A DNA stretch of 64,000 nucleotides. Origin: the human T2T-CHM13v2.0 reference genome, Homo sapiens. Made by a program: the position numbers and the translations under genes. The stretch is from NCBI RefSeq assembly GCF_009914755.1, contig NC_060926.1, one strand, 5' to 3'. Below the pieces are notes generated by a model that was not told where the DNA came from, did no database searches, and worked only from the letters and a program-made list of their open reading frames with translations. Shown here in pieces: positions 15,338 to 30,109 of the stretch (positions are counted from its first letter, which is position 1; each line of letters starts with the position of its first letter).

Positions 15338-16704
15338 ATAGAATTGGATCTGGGTTCAGATGTGGGTTCTTCCACTTTATTAGTGGCTTGGTATTGAGCC
15401 AATTAATGTGTCTGAGTCTAAATTTGTTCTGTCATGAAATATGATTATTTAACTTCTTCACAGGGTTGCTCAAGGATTAAATGAGGCATAAGCCTCATAG
15501 TAAGTGCTCTATAGAAGGGAGCTATGAGAGTGGCAAGAGAAGAAACAATGAACTCAAGCATCTGAAAAGGTCTTGCATCACAAGAGAAAGACAATATGCA
15601 CAAAAAATAGTAGTCACCGAACCCAAAATATTATTTTTATTTTACATCATGTGCTAAAATACTATTAGTAGAGATGCAGAGGAAGCAGTGTGATGGTGCT
15701 TGCTGACAGCATTAATGAAGAACTCCCCTTAGAACTCTTGGGCTTTGCTGAATGCTTTCACAGTTGTTGTTTTAAATTACACCACACGCTTGACCACATT
15801 GTATTCACAGTGCCAGACATTTTGGACCTACTGGAAACAAATATATATTATATTGATGACTAAGTGAAACATCTCATATTTAAGTGATAAAAATATTATT
15901 TTTAACTTTAAAGTTTAAAAATTGATGAGTCTGAAATACCTTAAAAATAGTTTTTCATAAATAGGAGGGAGTACATGAGAATATGCCCAAAGAGGTTGAT
16001 TTTATACCGCACATAGCAGTAGTGAACAAATGTCCTATAATCAGAAGGTCTTCAGAAATGGAAACTTCTCCCTTAATACAAGTAGACTTTAATGATGCAA
16101 TCTGCATAGTATCTCCAGGCATGGCCAATGAAGGACCCACTTGACCTTCAGATGAGCAGGTCTGGGAGCTGAGATCTACCCTCAGAGATAAGAGGTAAGG
16201 CAGGACTGCTGTATTCAAGTTTTCAGTTGACAGAGGAAGTAAGGAACCAAGAGATCAGGGATTACTCTGCCACTACTCTGAGACCTCCCCTTGGTTGTTA
16301 TGTTTGTCACCCCAGTCAGTTTCCTATTATTATTATTACTAATAAAATACCTAAAATAATATTTTTAAAAATATATGCTTTCTGAAGTAGTCGTGAGTAA
16401 CTGCTTCACACTGCAGCCAGACTCAGATTTGGAGACAAAAATTGCAAAGAGTAGAGAGAAACAGCTGTGGAAGAATTAAGGAAGCAGGCTGAGTTCCCAG
16501 GGGAACTCGGGAAGAAAGGAGAAAGAATCAGATCTGGGCCAGAGAAGAAATTCTGGGAATCCCAGATACAGTGTAGGATGAAGCAAAGAAACTGTTGTAT
16601 CTCAGATTGTAATAATTCAAGCTTTTCTTTTTTTTTCCTCTAGGCTTACAATCTATTTTAAAATCTGTAGTCTAGTACGTAATAATTCTTTCTTACAACT
16701 TTTT

Positions 16705-17494
16705 CACAGTGCTTTCTGAAAGAATTTATTTCGCGGGTTTGGGGAATGCTGAGAAGTCCAACTCACTAGGAAATAAATTCAACTTAACTGAACTTCCTGG
16801 ATAACCAATATATGAATTTATCTTTCAATTCAAGAATGAACAGAGCATTGTTAACTAAATATCATGGTTTTCTGCCTTTGAGAAGAGACTAGAAAGACTT
16901 CAGCTGAACCAATTCAGAATATTTTAGATAGGTCTTCAGCTGAAATCTGGAAATCAAAGCAAAAGAGAAAAAAATAAATAAATAAAAGCAAAGTTTGTGA
17001 GCTTTGGGAAACAAACAGCTTGGAGGAAAAGCTAATTTTCAAAGGTTTCCATCTGCCCCATGACCATTCCCTTCTCTTCTAGGACCCTCCCGCCTCTCCT
17101 CATTTTAGTTTTGAGTTAGAAATACTGGAATTGATCATTTTTCAGCCTCAATAAGTCCTTGCTAATTATTTTAACATTTCAGGTTCAGGAAACCCAAACC
17201 CAGTGTTTGTTAAGTGCTCTTTGCCTTGATTTGTGCGTCCTCTTATATTTCAAGGGAAGTCGAGTCCATGTGTTTCTGATTCGTTTTTATTTAACTCATC
17301 AAGACATTGTTTCATAAAGGCCATTTGATGTCCAAAGATTCTGCCGAACCTTTTGTTTGTGAAACCATAAAGCCAGTAAAATAATACACAGTTTATAACA
17401 AAAGAACAGAATTAGGAAATCCAGGAATGAACTATTCTTACCTCCGTCCTTGATTTGCTTTTATGCAATGCTGGGTCACTCTTCCAGATGTTAT
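16705..17494 (-). other. Candidate spliced exons (17494-17442 and terminal exon from 16946)
   Basis: On minus strand: acceptor ttctcttttgctttgatttccag at 16947, donor GAG/gtaaga at 17441, acceptor tctttatgtag at 17495, AATAAA at 16730-16725. No protein recognised. Confidence 0.3.
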
Positions 17495-20104
17495 CTACAT
17501 AAAGATAATATTTTATACAAGATTTGGGGAATTTTATAATAAAATATAATTTTCGGGAGTCTTAAGAGAAAGGCATGTTATAAACCAATACCAAAATAGC
17601 TCTCAAGTTGAAACAATGAGTTTTTTCCTAGTTTTGAGATTGATGTAGTGGCTCTCCTGGGCAAGTACTACAATTCAAAATTAAAATTTCAAATGGTGAT
17701 TACATGAAACATAATGTTTCTACCTGCAAGCATAATCCTTACATGGATTTATACCCTGGGAAAGTTACTATATTCCTACTGTTTTCCTTTTTTGAGACAT
17801 CAATCCTTTTAATAATTTGCAGAAAGATAATGGGTAGATATTTGTGATAGAGAGAACTTTCTGTTTCTGGCTTAAAAGCAGAGATTCTCCTAATATTTAA
17901 TTTTGGAATGCCAAATACTGGAAGTCACCTCTAAATGAAGTGGCAGCAAATTTAGCAGGTATCAACAATGAGATTTTTAAACTTAAATTTATTTCAGCTT
18001 TCCAGTAGGTGCATTTACCTGCTGTCACTTTCCAGTCTCTGGGTTTTTAAGTAGAAACCCTGATTATTTACCAAGGCAAAATAGGACTCAAGAATCAGTT
18101 TTGTCTAGGATCAATGGCAGAAATCAAGAGACTTTTCAATCAAAATAACAAGGAAGTTGCAGAAAACACATTCAGGCAAAGTAATAAGGTCTTTCTCTCT
18201 TTTTTGTATCAGTAGAAGAGAAGAGAGTGACTGATGGGGGTTGATGGAGACCTTTAAACCTTAGCTTTTCCGCAAACCACTTGTTCCCCAAAACTCACAG
18301 ACTTTGTATGTATGTATATATGTATGTATGTGTGTGTGTATACATCTTCTCTTGATCACTTTATCTCCAAGCAGTGGCCTAGTATCAGGCAAAGGGCACA
18401 GTTGAACATGGCACAAGAGACACTAGAGCAGGCTGAGATGCACAGGCAGAGTCAGTAGACTCATAGCTCCCCTTTCCTACTAAGAGGTTGGTTAGATGGG
18501 CCAGATACAGTACACAAGAGGGGCCCAGTCCCCTCTTCTTCTGTCCTTCTATAAGGCTCACATGACAGTAGCCTTGTGAAAAGAGGGCTAAATAACCTAA
18601 GTTTTACTACCAGCTTCTCGGAAGAAGTACACGCCAGTGCTGAGCATACAAGCTGCCCAGATGGCTCTTGCCAGGCAACCTAGAGAAGGTCAGTGGAAAA
18701 CCCTGTCTGTGTTTCCATAAATGGCAAGTGTCAAGACCCATTAGGAGAGTACCTACTGCTTGGCTTGCCCGGGAAGTGGGAAGAGGAAACCAGGAAAGGC
18801 ATAATATCTGTATTAAATCCATGGCAAAAAAAAAAAAAGGTAGCCTTCTAGGAGCTCACAGCCTAGTGAATGAAGTCAGAAAATAAATAATGACAACACA
18901 ACATGGAAAAGGGTCTTGTAGAGGCCTAAGCACCATCAGTGATATCATAAATGAGGTGGTGATCAACTCTGGTGGCAAAAGGGAGAGTTCTTGGAAGCCA
19001 CCCCAAGAAGCATATGCTTATGATGGGAGGGCAGCCTATGGGAGTGCAGGTTGGGAGAAGGGCATTCCAGGCAGAGGGAACCACATGTAGGCAAGAGCCC
19101 TAATTACAAACAAGTTAAAGAAAGTTTGAAAGGAAAAAAAAAACCTCCCAAACTCTCTTACATATCCTGGACGAGTCAAGTCATAAGAACCTGAAGTTTG
19201 ACAATATGCAAAAGTTTTCCAAAATTCCACAGGCAACTAACAAATGCCAGGTTCTTTTCAAAATTGAAGATTCTTTTAGGAGCTCCTAAAATCATGCACT
19301 GATCCTCAAAGGTCTACTGTCCCCTGCTAGCTGAGTGGTCCATGTTCTCTTCCAGATTGACTGAGCTGGGACAATATTAGCCCAGCTGCCCTGCCAGCTG
19401 GCTTTCCTGGCAATCTTTTGGCCAGGAATTGTTTCTGTCTCACCCAGAGTACCTAAAGACCTGAGCACCATATATATCTTAAGAGGAACATAGACTTCTC
19501 TTCCTGTCAGATCAAAGAACACAGTTCTTATAACAAAACTCAAAGCTCTAAAAATAAGAAATTCCTTCTTTTTAAGTTTTATTGTATCTGTTTATAATTG
19601 TTCCTGCTTCAGAACCTCAGATCTTAACATGGGGTGGGATCACAGTGTCATCGTCCAGATTCAGACTCTCCCACGTTCTCGGTCACAGAAAAGATGATAT
19701 GCTATCTTCCTTTAAGAGTTACATGTTTTTTGCCCTGGAAGACTACACTCTGTTTGTACTGGGGATACCAGTGTGTGCCAATCACCTGCTGATTGACTTC
19801 CATAGCTACCTGGTACCCTTGCTCCTTCTCTATCCGTCTTCCTCCCAGGCAGCCCTAAATGTATTACATTCTTGGTAGCTCTGAAAGGCTGCAAGTTCTG
19901 AAGTTTCATATTCATAACTCTCAAACTGACATGAGAGGGTCTTTGCTTTAGCTAATCAGGGATATACACAAAAAAATGGGAATAAAATTTAGAAGCATAT
20001 AAATAGATTTACTACATGTAAGTTTTAACATGTTTTGAAAAGCATGATGCACTTAAATAGATGAATTTGGCTGATTTTAGAGATGATAATTTAGTGAGAG
20101 TGTA

Positions 20105-20650
20105 TATCTATGGCTGTATAGCAAATCACCCCAAAACTTAGCGGTGTAAAATAATAAAAATCATTTATTATCTTTTAGATTTCTGTGGCTCAGGAATTTG
20201 GGAGCAGGGTAGCTGGGTGGTTTGGGGTCTAATGAGGTTACAGGAAGACAGTGGCTGGGATTGAGGTCATCTTGAAGACTTCTTCACTCACATACCTGAC
20301 ACCTGGTGCTCTGGCTGGAAAGATTCAGACAGCTGGCAACTGGAATAACTGGACCTTCTCTAAGTGGTCTCTCTGCTTGTTCTCTGCATCAGGGCAGCTC
20401 TAGGATATCTGGACTTCTAACATAGCAGCCTGAGCCCCAAAAGGCACATCTCCTAAGAGATAGAGTCAGGCAGAAGCTGCATCTCTGCTCCTAACCCAGC
20501 CTCAGAACTGTTAGGAGGTTGCCCCCCACCCTCTTCTGTTTGGTAGAATTGAGTCACTAAACCTGACCCATGTTCAAAGGAAGGGTAATTAGACTCAATC
20601 TTTTATTGCAGGAGTATCAAAGAATTTGCAGATTCTTTTTAGACAATCAC
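20105..20650 (-). mobile_element. MLT1-family (ERVL-MaLR) solo LTR
   Basis: GCTGTATAGCAAATCACCCCAAAACTTAGCGG...CATTTATTATC start typical of antisense MLT1. Confidence 0.7.
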
Positions 20651-20695
20651 AGAGAAAGTCAGGGAGACGTGAGTGTCAACTGCAAATGAAAGTCA

Positions 20696-21059
<364 letters not shown>

Positions 21060-23139
21060 TCATCATGAATAAGATTCAGACCTTCCAAATCTTCTCAATA
21101 TAATTTCTACTCTTATTTAGCTTCTAATTTTTGCTACATAATTTTTTCGTGATGACATCATTTTTTGTTTTAATTTAATTGGCAAATTTTGTTTTGCACC
21201 TACTATATGCTAGGCATGTACTAAAACAATTGGAATACAGAAACAAACTCATACAGTCCATGCGTTCACAGGAAATTCACAGTTGAATTTATAATTCCAT
21301 GTGACAACTGCAAAATTAGATGCATAAACAAGACATTGAGATGAAATAGATATAAGAAAGAAAAATAACCTGATAAAATCATATCATAGAGTGTCATTCT
21401 TTTTTCAGACTTGCAAAATGAGACTTTTGATTATGTCTAATTTAAATGTGCCATAAACCATATTGTTAATATTAATATGGAAAGTATTCCTTAATATAGT
21501 CCTTCAGGGTTAAAGTCAGACAAAGATTTTCCAAGTTAAAACACAAAAACATAAGCTTAGGATCCCAGTGTAGAAATAAATTACTGAGATGTCATTTGAT
21601 TCACCCCCATGCATCCAGGTAGATTTCTCAGCCCAGCCCAAGTCTATGGAAATGTATCTGCTATTTTCAAGATAGTGCTAATAGAAACGGCTCTTACATT
21701 TTATATGGTGAAAGATATTTACTATGCTGCAGGAAGTCCCGATGTACCATCAGGTATGAAAACCCTAAGAGGGAGCAGGTGTCAGAGCAGGAGGTCACAG
21801 GGCAGCCACTGAAGGAAAGCTGCATTCTGAGGCTGGAAGAAGGAAGAATGTCACTGAGTAGACAAAATAATGGTCATCAGGGAATTGGTAAAGTAAAGAG
21901 GAAAAGAAGAATCAAGACAGTACAATGCCATGACAGCTCAAGTGAGAAGACTTTTCATAAGGAGAGGGGAGACAACCCCATGAATGAGCCATGTAGGTCA
22001 AGAAGAATGAAGGCTGAGATCAGTGCTGCAGAAATCACAGGTAGCACAAGGTGGGTACTGGTGAACTTCACATAGCAGTTTCTGTTGAATAATAGTGAAG
22101 CAGCTCAGATCCTCCTGGATTACCCAGCACACTATTTCCAAATAAGTAGCCCTACAATATTATCTGGATTGCATCACTCTTCAATGCAATTTAACAACTA
22201 TGCATTTCAGTATTTTCTGTGTTTCTGGCCACTTTCAGTGGCTCCATACTCCCAACCAGAGATTAGATTCCTTAGCCCAGTATGCATTGCTTTCCAGTAT
22301 CATTTAGCCTGTCTTAGCAACTATGTCCTCATATGCACACTTTATTTTGTCAAAATGTAATTAGGCCAATAAAAAAACCTTTTCTACAAATTTATTTACA
22401 AAGACATATCTAAGTTTTTATTTCTCATGCTGCCGGGGAAGAAATCCAATGAGGCTAATTCAAAGATTCACTTTTAGTAGGGAGGTATTATGGAAAAGGA
22501 GAATATTTAGATAAAAATTTTAGACAAAATTCAGAAAAATAATCTGTCTGGTTAAAGAACATCAATAGAGGAGGTAAGGAGCTGACTTCCCAGAAAAGCT
22601 TTTAATTGCATTAAAGTTTCTCAGAAAATTGCTTAAGCATGTATCAGGAATGCTAATTTCATTGCAGAAGAAAGTTGGTTGTGAAGTGTCTCACACACAA
22701 AGAGTTTTATTCCAGACCAAATTTGGAACAATTTTCCATCTATTGACCCCTTTTTGTCGACATTTCGTGCTTTCTCAATGTCATCAGAAGGTACTTTGTG
22801 TCTGCATGATCATCCCTATCTACCAGTTTCTTCCACATTCCCTCCTCCTGATAATATTCTCTTCTCTTCTACAGTTCCTTTATTGTCCCACTCTTGCTTT
22901 TAATTGTTGTAGTTTGTGTCTACATCTCCTATTTTAACTATAAGTAATCACTATCTTTTCCTCTCTGTATATGCATTAGTGTTCAATAAAGGTTGGAATA
23001 AGTGTATATAATTAAATCATAGTATATAAGATATTATGATGCAATATTCAATATGCTGTACTTTTAAAATATTTCACAATTAAAATTAATAAATTTAATT
23101 TAATCTTGTTAATAAATTAATTAAAATTAATAACTACAT

Positions 23140-23890
23140 TAGCCATATAAGATTCAGTAGTGAACAACAGAAAACTCAAAATTACAGTGCTTTAACAAGA
23201 TAGAAATTGATTTTTTTTTCTCTCATAAAGGCAATCTGGAGCTCAGCAGTCCGGAGCTGGTATAATGACTCCATCGTCCTTCTGTCTTGGTCCTTTTGAG
23301 TGTGGCTCCATCATCCTCAGTGAGTGGCTTCTTCCTCACGGTTCAAGATAGATGTCTGATGTTTAGTCTTATTCCTGCCAGCAGGAAGGAAGAGCAGAAG
23401 AATGGCATACCCACCCCCAACCTCCTGTTTTGAGACAGAGTCTCACTTTATTGTCCATGCTAGAGTATAGTGATCATAGCTCACTGCAGCTTCAACTTCC
23501 TGGGCTTGAGGGATCCTCCCACCTTAGCCTCCCAAGTAGCTGTGTCTACAGGAGCACACCACCAAGCCCAGCTAATTTTTGTATTTTTTGTAGAGACAGG
23601 GGTCTCACTGTGTTGCCCAGACTTGTGTCCAGTTACTGAGCTCAAGTGATCCTCCTGCCTTAGCATCCCAACATGCTGGGACTACAGGAATGAGCCACCA
23701 CAAGTGGCTTCCTTTCCTTTTAAGGACACATCTCAGAAGTTGCATACATCTGATTATATCCCATTAGCTATAACTCAGTCACATATAGCACCCAGTAGTA
23801 ATAGAAACTGAGGAATGTGCATGGTTTAAAAATCATGGGTTCTGCTACTAAGGAGGAAGAGAGAACAGATATTGAGAGACAACCGGAAGT
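23140..23890 (-). mobile_element. Old MLT1-family LTR interrupted by an Alu
   Basis: MLT1J/K-like motifs on both sides of the Alu at 23428-23708. Confidence 0.55.
23428..23708 (-). mobile_element. AluJ
   Basis: Antisense dimer with AluJ features and almost no tail. Confidence 0.88.
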
Positions 23891-26099
23891 CTCCATTTCT
23901 ATGGCCCATTCTAATGTTTGCCAGACCTTGCTGGTCAGTGAATTTCTATTTTCATTTAAATTGGTTTTTCATACTCCAGCATATTTGTTCCTATTGAGTT
24001 CTCAATAAATATCAATAGATTCCATTTTTAATGTAGCAAAATATAAGTTCCAAGCTCTGGGAGGTTTCATATATATTATATATAATCAAAAATGTTGGGG
24101 GCCATTTTTATATAAAACATAATGGTCTCCAACTTTTTTGATCATGAACCACAATCAATACATTTTAATCCCCCAGTATATTTACACTTATTTATCAATA
24201 TGCTTTATAAAATGTACCCCTATATTAATATATTATATATATAACAAAACATGCACAAAAAATAAAATTGATGAGATAAGAAGTAAAAATCAAAGTTCAA
24301 ATATTTTCTTCCTTCACACCAGTTGATGTTCTTAAGCAAATGCTGATCTAAGAGATGGTGGATATCCTGACTTATGTTCTTTAGTGATCACATATATCAT
24401 TATTGCAATTGAGAATTCAACCAAAACCTAACAAAGAAGGCTAGGACAAAATGCTAACAATATAAGTTGTTATGTTGTTATGTCCCACATGGAAAAGAAA
24501 TAATGATTGTTGCAACTCCCACATTTTGGGTCCGACAAACAAAATTAAGCGTCTCGACAAAATGTCTGCATTGAAAAACCCATTTGGGTTTTTTCACAAC
24601 ATACTTGACTTTGCTAAAGAGTACAATATCTTCTTGTTTATGAAGCTTTAATTTTACTACTATTGGGTTACGCAGATGGAATAAACAAGGAACACCGCTG
24701 CTCTGCTCATTGTGGTCATGAGTTACAGGGCCCTGGAGAAGCGTGTTGAGGTACTACGGAGTCTTGATTTCAATGTGCTATGTGTGTACTATGTGTGCTT
24801 CTATATAACATGTATGTAGACTTGGAAGCTTTTCAAACGAAGCTATAGCTGGACTAGTCATGTTACATTTCCCTAAGGCCAAAACCTAAAATTGACAGCT
24901 TTCACTTTGTGTTACAGAATAAAACCAAGCAATCAGGACTAGGCAGACCCCTGCCACACAGCTACTTGCTGATATCAATTACTTAGCCTAATTATCTTGA
25001 CAAAGTATACTATTCATTTAAATCTTTCATTTTCTGAGACCATAATAACAACAGGGACTACAGAAAAAAGTGATCATGCCATCTAGGAATAACTAATATA
25101 TAAGATGTTGAGTTTTGGTCAGAGTCCAGCATATATCCAAGGCCTTAAGACTAAGAAGATTTGAAAAGTAGTTTAGAGGAAGTTGAAAATATAGCTTTAT
25201 GAAGAGAGAGCATTGCCTAAGAGAGATGGTGGGCTCTAAAAATGAAATTCTGACCATGTTATGATAAATAAATGTGGAAATAAGGACATGAGTAAGACTG
25301 CCCAGAAATCCTCTGATGAGTTTAGATTTTGAAAGAATACATATATAAAGCAAGGAAGGTCATATAACCAAGGTCACAAATTGTGAAATGTCTAAGAAAA
25401 TTGTCAGAATCGTTAATGTGCTCATAAGCCAAAGCTTACAACAGTGACAAAAGCAATAAAACCAATCGTTTCAACTCTGTTTATATCACTGATGTGAACA
25501 AGAAAGTAAAATGTACAATACTGGAGATGACAGTACAATGCTAATAGATGAGAGAAACAGTTCCATTGAGGAAAATTATTTTCAAAACTTAAACGTCAAG
25601 TATGGGTTAAAGGGGACACAAATTTCTAGAAAAGGGAGGGCTGCTTAAATGAATCCTACCCTCATTTCCAGAGGAATCTAAAGGAACTCCTAGGCATGAT
25701 TGTGAGGTAACCATTGAATCGAGGACAAACAGAAATATGTCGAAAGACAAACAAAACAGAGTCGCTTTGGGTTTACAAAAGGTTGGAGATTGGGGGTTTG
25801 GAAGCAAATTCTAGAAACAGTAAATAAATAAGTAGACATGATGTTATTATATTGCAAAATTCCAGAGAGGACAATAAAAGAGGTGGCTTGTGGACCTCAC
25901 AAAACAAAATGATGATCAGTAGGATCTAGTGAGTATTCATAATGAAAGTCCATTCCAAATGGGCTTTCAGTAAAATAGATAGATTATCTTTTTAGTAAGG
26001 TAAATAGATGAGCAGATGTGGGCACATGCCATAACCATGGCACAGAAGAACTGTAAGATAGCCCCCTTAGAAACTTGAAATGCAGTTGTTAAAGGTATG

Positions 26100-27720
26100 C
26101 CATGCAGGACTTTCTTTCCTTTTTAAAGAATAATTTAATTTTTTATTATATAAGCCATATTTTTTAAGTACGTGGACACAGTATTTCCTTGACTGTAAGA
26201 TGTAATTTATTGTAAGATAATCTATTAATTTAAATATAGCTTTTTGGGTTGTAAAAAATATTTATATTAAGTGTATGATTTATCCTAATTTTGGAATCAT
26301 TGAAATATAAAAAAAAACAACCTTAGAATTGAGGAAATACATACACATATACAAGAACACATTTACAGAGTTGAAATCATACATTTTGTTCAGTTGGCAT
26401 TTTATTGTAGTTCTTGATCCCCATGTCATAAAAAACTCTATAAACATAATTTCTAGTAAATCAGTTACATATTATAACTCATTTAATTACTACTTTATTC
26501 TGAAATTTTTTATTGTTTTTCTTATAAAATTGCAATTTACTTTTCAAAAATATTTATCTGCATTTCTGATTATTTCCTTGGGGTACATTTCCAGAAGTGG
26601 AATTTTTGAATGAAACAATACATTATGTTTTAAAGATTCTTGATACACACAGTACCAAACTACTTCTCAGAAAGCTTGTACCAATTCACACTGCCGCTAG
26701 CACTTGTTTGAATGAGGACCCATCTTACCGGCATTCAAAATGTTCTTTCCTTTTCAAATTCTTTGTTGATTTAGCAGGGGGAGAAAAATCTAATTTTAAT
26801 TTGGTTTGAATTTCATTAACTACATATTTAATATTGAATATTTTTATATGAACATTATTGTTTATGGTTCTTCTGTGAATTGTCTGTTCTTCCCTTTTAT
26901 TCATTTTTCTAATGAAAATTTATTTTCCTTATCCATTGTTATGTCATCTTTATAATATAAAAGACAGTAACCATTTCTGCTTTATTTGTGGCAATTTTGG
27001 GGTTTTTAAAAATTAAACTTTTGTTATTTTGTTTTAATTCTGTCTGCCCTCTTATTTATCTTTTATTAAAAACTCATCCTAAGGAGTATATGCCTCTTCA
27101 TTGGAAAGTTTACAAAATTTACTTCAATTCTTATATCTGATATTTGACCTTACCACTAGCATTTTGCTTTTTTCCTCGTTTTTGGGTAATGTCTTGCTGT
27201 TTATTTTGTGGGTGCCTGTGTTTTTCTCTATGATTGGTGTTTTGATTGCTTTTATCTCCCATAGTGATTTGGAACATAGACATCTTTTTTTTTATTTTAT
27301 TTTTTGGTGGTTGCTGCTAAGTTTTTCAAATCATACGTGAACCTACATTTCATAAAATATCAAAATCATGGATGAAACAAAACCTTTGATTTTCATTGTG
27401 TGAGATTAGGAATTTGGTATGTTTTCATTCCCCTATCCTTTCCTGCATTTGATATGTGGTCTTCATTGACATCATCTGGGATTTCAATCTAGATCATTAC
27501 TACTAAATTATTACTTTTCTATTTATAACTTTTAGAGTAATTTGACATTAACTTTCAAAGAAATTATTTATTTTATATATGCATTCAGCTTTGTATGAAT
27601 GTAACACCAATTATTTTAATTTAAATATATGTTAGTGTGGTTTTGTTGCTCACAGTCACTAGCAGTCCTTTTATATTAGAGCTTTTCTTTCCTGGGTCCT
27701 TGAGTTTTTAATGTGATTCT
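26100..27720 (-). mobile_element. Degenerate L1M fragments
   Basis: Antisense L1M 3' motifs (TTTCCTTGGGGTACATTTCCAGAAGTGGAATT). Boundaries uncertain. Confidence 0.5.
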
Positions 27721-27759
27721 CAGGCAGCTAGATTGTAAAAAGGCCAGAACAATAGATGG

Positions 27760-28400
27760 ACCAGATGACATTTAACAATGAAGCTGGAAAAGTAATGCGC
27801 TTAGGTTAAAAGATTAAATAAATACAGGTTGGAGGAGTCTGTTGGCAATAATTGTAATGAAAATGACCAGGAGATTGGAGTTTGTAACCTCAATATAAGC
27901 AAACCATTGTAATGTGATAGTTTAAAAAGCAAATGCAAATACGGTGGTCATGTTAAAAAGCACAAATCATAGAAGAAATGATAACAATTCCACTTGAGTA
28001 GGCACAAGCCATGGAATCTTTGGCTAGAATGTTCAAGTCAGTTTGAGCATCTCAACATTTAAAAACTAGCAAACATCAAAAAGGGCAACTAAGACAGAGA
28101 AGACTCTGAAAATCATATCATATACATTTTGACTGAGGGAACTGGGGGCTTGAAACCAGGAAAAAATTAGATTTAGGAGCTCTGACAGTATTTGTGTATT
28201 TGAAGAGCTATCACAGAGAATAAATTTAGACTCATTGCTCCTGGAGGCAGATGTAGGGGGATAAATAAAGTTTCAGAGTAAAAGACTGTGATGCAACAGG
28301 AGGAAATTTGTCATAGTTAGAGCAGTCCAAGATTGCCATGGGCCGCATCAGACACTCGCATGGTTTCCATCCTCAGAGAGTAGATGGTATCTTTTGAAGA
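27760..28400 (+). mobile_element. CR1/L3 LINE remnant
   Basis: Resembles L3 3' end (AAGGGCAACTAAGAC...CTGAGGGAACTGGGG). Confidence 0.5.
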
Positions 28401-28585
28401 TGACGCATAGCCTATATGATATTGGCAAATAAATGGTTAATTAGAAATGTGTTTGGGACAAATATACTACTGTGTGTGATTTCCTAGACTTCTCCTTGCT
28501 ACACAATGTTCCCCCTTGCCGCCACCCCTAATACCTCTAGTAAAGAGTATCTTGTTCTCACCTGCTCACTCTCTTTCCTACTTCA

Positions 28586-29322
<737 letters not shown>

Positions 29323-29564
29323 TCATGAGAACCTAGAAGAGTCTCCAGATATATTTCCATGGGCAAAAGTCACAAGACTCTTAGTGATGAGGAATCAGAA
29401 TTTTACATCAGGTCTCTTTTCCCACTTTAAATAACATACAAATTGTTATATATACGGGTGCTAATATTAATCATGTAGCGTCGTCATTCCAAAGTGTGGA
29501 TTCACTCCTTCTCTATTAACCATTCTCTGCTTTCATAAAGTCTAACTATGGACTGCTCCAAGGA

Positions 29565-29588
29565 GTGTGTGTGTGTGTGTGTGTGTGT
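29565..29588. repeat. (GT)n microsatellite
   Basis: About 12 GT units. Confidence 0.9.
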
Positions 29589-29691
29589 TACTTTCCTATT
29601 ACAATCAAAATTTGGTTGCCCAAAGAGGACAGAAAGGGAAAAGCAACACTCTTTCCAAATGCTGTCTCATTTTTTTGTTGTTGTTGGGTGT

Positions 29692-30109
29692 TGTGATGGT
29701 TAATTTTATGTGTCAATTTTGCTGGGCCACATTACCCAGAAATGTGGCCAAACACTATTCTGGATGTTTCTGTGAGGTTATTTTTAGATGAGATTAACAT
29801 GTACATCAGTGGACTTAGAGCAAAGCAGATTGCCTCCATAATGTGGGTGGGCCTCATCCAACCAGTTGAAGGGCTGATAGAACAGCAGACTATACTCCTT
29901 GAGCAGGAGAGAATGCTGCCAGCAGGTGGCCTTTGGACCTGAACTGCAATGTTGGCTCTTCTCTGGGTCTCCGGCCTGCCCACCCAGCCTGCAGGTTTTG
30001 GACTTTACAGCTGCCACAATCATGTCAGCCAATTCCTTAAATTAAATCTCTTTCTATGTTTATATACATCCTACCAGTTTTGTTTCTCTGGAGAACCCTG
30101 ACTAATACA
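29692..30109 (+). mobile_element. MLT2 (ERVL) solo LTR
   Basis: TGTGATGGTTAATTTTATGTGTCAA start and CTCTGGAGAACCCTGACTAATACA end. Confidence 0.88.
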
